From NCBI GenBank assembly GCA_028534125.1, contig CM052832.1:7566001-7630000 (forward strand): a DNA stretch of 64,000 nucleotides. The letters are read 5' to 3'. The notes beneath the pieces were generated by a model, which worked only from the letters and a program-made list of their open reading frames with translations, had not been told where the DNA came from and made no database searches. The position numbers and the translations under genes were made by a program. This stretch comes from Lama glama (lineage: Eukaryota). Positions 55,995 through 64,000 of the stretch are shown here, one piece after another. Within the stretch, counting starts at the first letter, position 1, and each line of letters opens with the position of its first letter.

Positions 55995-56178
55995 ACAGTC
56001 TCTCAAAGCATGGTTCTTCAGCTACACACACCAGCATCTCCTTGGTTCTTGTTTAAAATGTAAATTTCTAGGCTACACCCAAGAAGCAGACCCACTGAAT
56101 TAGAATCTAGGAGCTTAGAACCCAGAAATCTGTATTTTAAATGCTCCCTACTGATTATAAACTTTGAAAACCATTCCC
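55995..56178. mobile_element. MER5-type (hAT-Charlie) element
   Basis: tctcaaagcatggt...cagcatctccttgg..cttgtttaaaatgtaaatt...cccagaaatctgtattttaa...tttgaaaaccatt. Confidence 0.72.
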
Positions 56179-56382
56179 TAGAAGGTCAGAATCTATCATT
56201 TCTGTTCACGGTAGGTCCACTTATCAGCCAATAAAGCACAAGCTCATGTCCACAGCACGTATTTTTAGGCAGGCAGGACTATCAGTAACATTTGGGATAT
56301 ATTACTTTTAGTTCAGCCATTTCAGTGACACTGGTGATCATTTCCAGCTTGTGACTTTGTTTTCATCTCTCTGATCTTCTAG

Positions 56383-56490
56383 TTGGTGGATCTGGCACTT
56401 CTCGTGAGGCAGGACATGGTGACCAAGGCAGGAGACCCCTTCAGCCATGCCATTTCTGCAACCTTCATTCAGTATCACAACTCTGCTGAG
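56383..56490 (+). CDS. SUPT3H: SUPT3H internal coding exon (approx. exon 9): [36 protein letters not shown]
   Basis: gatcttctag| acceptor, |gtaagt donor, 108 nt, phase 0/0. Forms the start of ORF 56383..56682. Confidence 0.97.
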
Positions 56491-56901
56491 GTAAGTATTA
56501 AAAAAATTATGTCTTTGACACATCCATTGATTTTTTTTCTCGTGTCTCATATTTACATTAGTAGTTCTAAGAGAAAGATGATACAGAAATGTATAGCTTT
56601 CAGTCAAAGAATCTTGATACATTCAGCATTCAAACAAATATCTGCTATGTACCAGGCCCTAACAGGCCACTTAGTGTGGTGATGTCTTCACCTCCTTGCC
56701 TTATTTAGCCCTTCTGGCCCTTCAGGGAAAGAGCCTCTCTCATTTCCTTGGGAGATGAACAACTGGCTTAGGTAATAGGATAACATTGAAAAAAGTTATA
56801 TATTTCTTTTTGCTTCAAAGAAAAGATGATTATTATTATTCAGGTAGTAATAATTTCTGGCATTTATTGCTAATTTTACTCTCTAGTTATTGATCCATCT
56901 C

Positions 56902-57401
56902 NNNNNNNNNNNNNNNNNNNNNNNNNNNNNNNNNNNNNNNNNNNNNNNNNNNNNNNNNNNNNNNNNNNNNNNNNNNNNNNNNNNNNNNNNNNNNNNNNNN
57001 NNNNNNNNNNNNNNNNNNNNNNNNNNNNNNNNNNNNNNNNNNNNNNNNNNNNNNNNNNNNNNNNNNNNNNNNNNNNNNNNNNNNNNNNNNNNNNNNNNNN
57101 NNNNNNNNNNNNNNNNNNNNNNNNNNNNNNNNNNNNNNNNNNNNNNNNNNNNNNNNNNNNNNNNNNNNNNNNNNNNNNNNNNNNNNNNNNNNNNNNNNNN
57201 NNNNNNNNNNNNNNNNNNNNNNNNNNNNNNNNNNNNNNNNNNNNNNNNNNNNNNNNNNNNNNNNNNNNNNNNNNNNNNNNNNNNNNNNNNNNNNNNNNNN
57301 NNNNNNNNNNNNNNNNNNNNNNNNNNNNNNNNNNNNNNNNNNNNNNNNNNNNNNNNNNNNNNNNNNNNNNNNNNNNNNNNNNNNNNNNNNNNNNNNNNNN
57401 N
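56902..57401. other. Assembly gap (500 N)
   Basis: Run of exactly 500 N. Confidence 0.99.
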
Positions 57402-57520
57402 CATGTTACTTGTCTTTCTCTGTCCTGGTTCACTTAGTGTAATCATTTCTAGGCCCATCCATTTTGCTGCAAATGGCATTATTTCATTCTTTTTTGTGTC
57501 CGAGTAGTATTCTATGTGAA
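57402..57520 (-). mobile_element. L1 ORF2 end/3' UTR fragment abutting the gap
   Basis: The minus strand encodes EYYSDTKKNEIMPFAAKWMGLEMITLSE, the L1 ORF2p C-terminal motif (EYYxAxKKNEIMxFAxTWMxLExIxLSE). Confidence 0.88.
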
Positions 57521-58589
57521 TACAACATTTTAGGTTTAAAGATTCCTTTCCAAAGAACTCAGTGAGCAAATCAAGAAAGTGTAGACATGCACATGGTAAC
57601 TTACACTGTTTGCAGTTGCTTACTTACAGCCGATAAACCTGAAATTCATAAAATTAACATTTTCTCAGAATTGAGTATTTTTATTTTTATATAGTATGTC
57701 AACACCATCTTTTTAGCAAAGATAACATGAGTCAGACAGGCTGTCTTACTTGCCACCACATCTTACAAATACCAACCCCAGGTAGTTTCTAACAGGCTTC
57801 CTGCTTCAGCGTGCTCAAGTCCTGTTTGATTTCCATGCCAGAGGTTCTAAGATTTTGACCAAAATGCTCTATACCAAAACCATATTTATCTGGGGAAATA
57901 GAGGAAGCATGGAGAAAAAGAAATGAAAAATAAATCCAACTTGCAGGGAGAAAGGAGATTCCACAGAGGAATGCTCTGGTAGGATTTCCCACCCACTTAG
58001 TGTGCAGGCTGTTTGACCTCTTGATGTCTCCCTTTTGTGTTTCCACTTGAATTCCACTGGAAAACTTACTTTGGAATCCAAATACAGCTAATTATTTGCA
58101 TTTGTTTCCACAAATGGATAGAACCCCCCAACTTCCTTCACAAGCATCTGTTAAACCCAGCAGCAGATGAGTCTGCATTAGCCACATTCAGATCTTGGAG
58201 GCGAGCTGACTCACCAAAGAGTGTTTACCCTTACCAGGTACCTGATAATTGCATATATTCCAATATATTCCAACTGAAACGAAGTATTTGGAATGAGAAT
58301 CAAGAGAACACTGTTAAAACACATGCATACACGCACACACACGCAGTCCTGTGCAGTTTTATATGAGTGCCAAAGTGAGGGGTTAAGATAACTTAATCCT
58401 TGTTATTATGGGCATAGCAGATATGTTATGTAGGGTATTGTTGGAATGAAATTGAGAAAGAGACTCTATAGTAAATTCCTATTTGGCTTACTTGAAATCT
58501 TGTTAAAATAATAAAAATAATCAAGATCTGTTTTGTTTTATAATTTGTTTTATTTCAGGTTCAGCTTAATTAGCTGATTCTCTTTGTAG

Positions 58590-59190
58590 GAATTTTTAAA
58601 TTATTTTACTAGATTATAGTAGGAAAAGCATGTACAGAGCACAAAAAGGTACAGAAGGATACACAGTGAAAAATGTCTCCTCTAACCTGTGTCCTCCAGA
58701 CACCCATCTCTACTCCAAGAGATAAGCACTGTTACTGGTTTTTGGTGTACACATGCAGAAACATTCTGTATTTAAATGAGCATATAATGTTCAGCCCTTT
58801 TTCTTTTAACAGATGGTAACACAGTTATCCAGCTGGACACCTAGTATTTTTTCAAACAGTGTATCTTAGAGATAGCTCTGTGGGAGTACGTACGGAACTG
58901 CCTCATTCTTTTAAGTGAACAGCCTCATTCTTTTAAGTGGTTGCTGTACTTTCTGTTGCATTGAATGAATATATAGTAATTTATTTCTCTATTCCCTCAT
59001 TGATGAAGTTCATCAGTCCCAATAGTGCTGTGGTGTATATCGATCTATCTATATTTGTTTGTTTCATACCTGTGTAATGTATCTGTAGGATGAATTCTTA
59101 GAGATGAAATTGCTGGGTCAAAAAATGGTTGTGTTTTTTCTTTGATAAGATTTGCCAAATTGCTCTCCATAGAGGTTGTAGAGTTACACC
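58590..59190 (-). mobile_element. Old L1ME-type 3' end
   Basis: ctgtaggatgaattcttagagatgaaattgctgggtcaaa...ttgccaaattgctctccatagaggttgta. Confidence 0.72.
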
Positions 59191-59371
59191 CCTGTAAGGA
59201 ATTCTGACAGTGATACTTCTAGACCACTGTTAAAGTATAGTAAAGTTTCTTTCTCTAGAGTTTTTAATGTTGATGACCTGGCATCCAGCGTCCACCGCAC
59301 TTTTAAGTAAATTAGCTTATCGTTCATTTCGGGAAGCTTGGAAGTTCCATTTTTAATTTAAATAGTAAACT

Positions 59372-59600
59372 AATGCTATTAATAGCTAACATGTGTCAGA
59401 CACTGTTCTAAGTGGTTTACACATCGACTCATTTAATTTTCCCAATAACCCTATGAAGGAATTGTAATTATGATCCCAGTTTTACAGATGAGGAAACTAA
59501 AGCACAGAGATACTGTGTAACTTGACAGAACTGGTAACTGACACAGCTGGGATCTGGGCTCCGGTGTCTGGGAAGCCGGAACCTGCAACTAACTAAATCA
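59372..59600 (-). mobile_element. MIR SINE
   Basis: Canonical MIR core cccagttttacagatgaggaaactaaagcacagaga. Confidence 0.85.
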
Positions 59601-60243
59601 TGAGACTGTAATGCCCCTATTTTATTTGTTTTAATCATATTACATACATTTCTTGAGTTAATATCCATATTCCATTGCAAATAATCTTTCCCTTTCTTGT
59701 ACCTTTTTGTACTTCCAAAGCTGTCTTTTACAGAGGAGGCAGATAAAAATAGAAAGTTTTTGATCTCTTATGACAGTCCCCAGGATTATAAATAAATATA
59801 TAGCAGTTTCACATTTTTCGTTTTAAAATTGATGACCCTCAAGTTATTTCAGAAATACATCCAACAAACTCCCAAGAAACATTTATAAATGTTTAAATTT
59901 TTTTGAAAAAACAGCTTCCTGCGGTTCTGTCAGCAAGCCCCCATGACACTTCTCATCAGCACGCAAGTGGCTGTGTTCTCCGGTTCCATGACCTGTAGGC
60001 CTAGGTGAAATATCGTGGGCATAAAAATTGCATTTGGTTGGTCTGCTCGGAAGGGGTCATATAAAAGTCATCTTTGATTTGTTAATGGAATTTTTTTTTG
60101 GATGTAGTATATAGCAGCAGTGATGTGCATCCTAAGGGAAAAAAACCCATCCATTTTATAAAAGTTTATTTTCGTATTTTATACACTGTAGTTCTGTTGT
60201 GTGTTTTTGATTTAGTAACAATTTCTGTGTTTTTCTGTCGCAG

Positions 60244-60354
60244 AGCACCGCGGCCTGTGGCGTTGAGGCCCACAGCGATGCCATCCAGCCCTGCCACATC
60301 AGAGAGGCCGTTCGACGCTACGGCCACAAGATTGGCCCCCTTTCCCCATTCACA
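60244..60354 (+). CDS. SUPT3H: SUPT3H penultimate coding exon (approx. exon 10): [37 protein letters not shown]
   Basis: tttttctgtcgcag| acceptor, |gtacgt donor, 111 nt, phase 0/0. Carries the SPT3 motif IQP.HIREA.RR. Confidence 0.95.
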
Positions 60355-60909
60355 GTACGTAATAACAGAGTTATAAAAAGTTATATTTATAATCTGAAAG
60401 CATTTTGATTTTCAAGTGGTCAAATGAAGAAGCAGTGGAATTGTTGAAAGCAATTTGTGGTGACTGTAATTTTGTTGTATAAAAGTGGCATAATTCTCTT
60501 GGGAAATAAGTTAGTCATTTTTGTCTCTTTTTGGAAGGACCATTTTTTTCTACAAAATATTATTTTCTTGCAATTACGAATTATGCTTTTTTGTCGGGGC
60601 TTATATTTTCTATTTTCCAAAGCTTAGGTTTATAAAACTTTTTTTTGTCAAATTATATGTATCCAAATATTGCTTGAAGCACTTTGTATTTTAAAATTGG
60701 TTAGATTGGCAACACCACTTCTATCAGAGGTCCTGCTCCTAAACATACTTTGAGTTGGAAGAAGAAGAAATGATTTCTTTCTGCCTTTGAAGTAGACTGA
60801 GAGGCAGACAGTCCTTCACATCTTCAAATGGTTTTAAAGCTTATAATCAAGGTTTGTTTTTTTTTTTCTTAATGGAGAATTAAAGACTTATTTCAACAGC
60901 CTAAAGAAA

Positions 60910-60911
<2 letters not shown>

Positions 60912-60945
<34 letters not shown>
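60912..60945. repeat. (TG)n microsatellite
   Basis: Directly visible run of TG units. Confidence 0.9.
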
Positions 60946-63837
60946 TTTAATTCGATAGTCATCTTGTGGCCCTTTTTAAAAAAAAATCTTTGGTTATGTT
61001 AATATAACTTTCTCCAAGTTCTTCTCTCTTTTAAGGAATTGGTTTGGAAATTTTAAGGAATTTTCAGAAAATGAGGTTTGATTTGTGACTAAAGAATGGT
61101 AGAATTTACCATTTGTTTGGTTTTTTTTATATTCACCCTACTTTAACATACTAAAGCAGAATATACATGTATATAGCATTATAGATGCATACGTATGTAA
61201 GTATAGCATGGTATGTGTTTTTTTCCCCTAAGGCTGGATTTTACTATTATCTGTTGATAGAAATCATGATTTCTTCTAAATTGTATCATCTCCTTTTTTC
61301 CTGTGTTTTAGTTAAAGGGAATGCTTTCTCACCATTCTTGGTTTTCATTAGTTATTGTTAATTGTATGCATCCTCAGTGTGACAGTAAGAATGTGTCAGA
61401 AGCTATTTATGTATGTCTCAGAAGCTTTTTGTAATGGTGACGATTATTTTCACTTTAATATTTAAAATTGGTCATATAAGAATAGGATTTATATTTATAT
61501 TCATCATATTGCTGATTAAGCAATATTTCCTTTTGCATGAGTGTTTCTAGACCATCACAATTGAAAAGAAAGAATGAAATCAATATCCCTTATTTTAGTT
61601 TTTCCTACATGCCAGGTAAGACTATTTTAAGTGATGAGCCAAAAGGTAGATGAGGTTTAGAAAAATAGAGGTGACTGGAAGAATTTAAAAACCAACTGCA
61701 GTTGAAAGAACCAACTTATAACAAAGGATTAAAAATATCAAGTCCAGTGATAAGAGCCAAATGATGACTAATAGGTTGAGGCAATGGAGTGGAGAGAGAA
61801 AAAAAGACAGGGTTTATAATAATCTAGAAGTAATTAAAGGGTAGCAAGGGGCAGCAAGATTTTTGAGAAATAAACTTAAAATGCCAAGTGAAAGTGATGG
61901 ATAAAATTACAAGTGGGAAAATGTATCTACTGTAAGAGGGGGGGATCTCCTAATCATGGGGTCTGTGAAGCTTCCTCAAAAGGAAATGGTGGCAATGGTA
62001 GTTGCTTCATTCTTCAGGTTTTTTATTTTTAAAAAGACTGGAAAGATCACTTGAGAATCATCTTGGTTGATGACATTATTGTGTGTCTGTGTGTGTGTAT
62101 ATTCATTCCTCCATGTCTCACCTGATAGTCTTAATACTCAGGTACTGCTGCTTTTATAATCTAAGATTTTAGTAGATGGTCAGAAATGTACTTGAAACTA
62201 GGTTCAGATATAGTTTAAGCGAATTTTTACCTAATGAACATATAACTAATATTTTTTAAACTACTAATGCAATTTTAAAATGCTTAGTTTAAATAGATCT
62301 GGAAAATAGAGAACAAATAAGCCATAATCTAGAAGGTTCACTTAGCCACTGCCAGAGCAGACGGGCAAAACCAAGAGCAGACGAGAAAGAGCTTCACCAC
62401 AGAGGGACACTGAGCTTTCATCACTCCTCGGAAACGACCCATGCTGAAAGGCCTGCTCCATTACCTGGAGCTCTGAGAATGTGCCCAGCCTGCAGGACTG
62501 AATATGCATACTCCATTTCATATCATGAGTAGTAGGATCCTGCAGACGCAGTTTCTTGGTATATATTGCAATACAGAAATCTACCTTTTAAAGTTAAAAA
62601 TTCTCATTGAAGTGGGATAGATGTGCAGACGGCATATGCTAACAGTGTGAATAGCTGCCCTGGCTCCCATGTACCCTCGGCTGCTAAAAGGAGGTGCTCC
62701 TGATGCTGAGGCCCCTGGTGCTCACTCCCTGAGATGACCTTTCTGCTGCCTGGGCTTTGAGCTGTGGCTCCTAAGAGCGAGGGGGCATGTGGGCTGCCTC
62801 TATAGCAACCATAGGCTGAGACTAAATTTTCATACAGAAAGGCTGAGCTGACTCACATCCAATATACAGTTCCCTTGTAGGCTAAGATGGCATGAACAAT
62901 TCGTTCATATTTATGAAACAGAGATTTAGTCATGGCAGCATGTCATTCTGAACCTGAACTGCTTGCCTAATATGTATAAATGTGATATCTAACGTAGAAT
63001 ACTTGTAACTTGATTGATATATAGCCAGTTCCCAATTTGGAGAATTAAAATGACAACCAGTAGGTTACATGGAAACTTAATTCCAGCATCAATCAGTGAA
63101 CCAAGAAAAATCTGCTTTTGGTGAGGCGCCGTTCCGTCTTCTGCTTACGACTTCTGAAATAATTTTGTACAGATTTACAACACAATCCACTTCAGGAATA
63201 CAATTATTGTAGAAAGAATTGTGAGTTCTTCACCTTGGGGATGAATTGGAGTGATGGAAGAAAGGAGTGATTAAAGCCACATTAGGTGGAGGCAGGGCGG
63301 GGAAGAGGGCAAACCCTGCTTTGTACTGAGTAGCTGCTGGAGTGGAGAGGACAGCGGCCAGGGTAGCAGAAACTTCAGTGTCCTGCCGCTCACATGAGCG
63401 GACACAGTTAGAATCCACCCCTCCCAACTCAGCCAGTTAGAGCAGTCCTGTCTTTGGCACGCCGGTTTTAATTGGTGACTTCTTTCTTTTCTGTGTTGTC
63501 ATGTATTCTCAGTCCTATGCAGAAGATCAAAAGAGAGTATCATACCTAGGAGATTCATTTTCCTGAGGTTAAGCTATGAATTAGATTTTTTTGCAACTGT
63601 TCCCCACCTCTGTATACCTGACCTTCTGTATGCACATGCTAAAGAACATGTAAAGAGGCTAAGTTACTTTCTGCTTATTATTTTTCCTAAATGATTCTGA
63701 AAATCACTTCAGACTATGATTTGTAGTCATTGTTTTAGAGTTCTTGGGCAACCTGGAGTGTCCTGAGTCATTCTGATGCTTGTCATCTCATCCTGCCCTT
63801 TTCCTCATTGTAGTCGGTATTGTGTGAGGTTATATTG

Positions 63838-64000
63838 CCTGGTATTTAAGACTGTTGATCCTAGAGCCAGATGGCCGGGATTCAGATCCCAGCTCTGCAG
63901 CTACTAGCTAAGTAGCCTTAAGGAAGTTTCTTAACCTCGTGATGGCTCAGTTACCTCATCTGTAGAATGGGTTAAATAGTAGCACACGCCTCGGGATAGA
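63838..64000 (+). mobile_element. MIR SINE (runs to the window edge)
   Basis: ctagagccaga...ggattcagatcccagctctgc...ctcagttacctcatctgtagaatggg. Confidence 0.8.

Noticed and set aside
1..64000. A previously undescribed multi-gene system
   Set aside because: Apart from the SUPT3H exons, all recognisable structure fits known mammalian repeat classes, microsatellites or gaps. I found no second gene, intact transposon ORF or structured ncRNA on either strand.

Overview
Mammalian, AT-rich intronic genomic DNA. A tRNA-derived vic-1-like SINE and young L1 3' ends point to a camelid (alpaca, vicuna or camel; inferred). The only protein-coding content is seven internal exons of SUPT3H (SPT3 homolog, a histone-fold subunit of the SAGA/STAGA complex) on the + strand: 14481-14567, 17534-17624, 19897-20036, 50119-50194, 55502-55614, 56383-56490 and 60244-60354. 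All have AG/GT boundaries and compatible phases. They splice into an open 726-nt (242-codon) frame matching about residues 63-304 of the human protein as I recall it. The start and last exons lie outside the window. The rest is intron filled with L1/HAL1, L2, MIR, ERVL/MaLR LTRs, Tigger/Charlie DNA transposon fossils, a 5S rRNA pseudogene, microsatellites and two 500-N assembly gaps. Nearly all ORFs in the supplied track are spurious. I found no evidence of a new biological system. The most notable oddities are an exact 32-bp dispersed duplication copied out of a decayed L1, a 5S rRNA/L1 junction in opposite orientations, several nested or TSD-bearing insertions, and some speculative alternative splicing options. 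Repeat family names come from recalled consensus sequences, not a database search, and most repeat boundaries are approximate.
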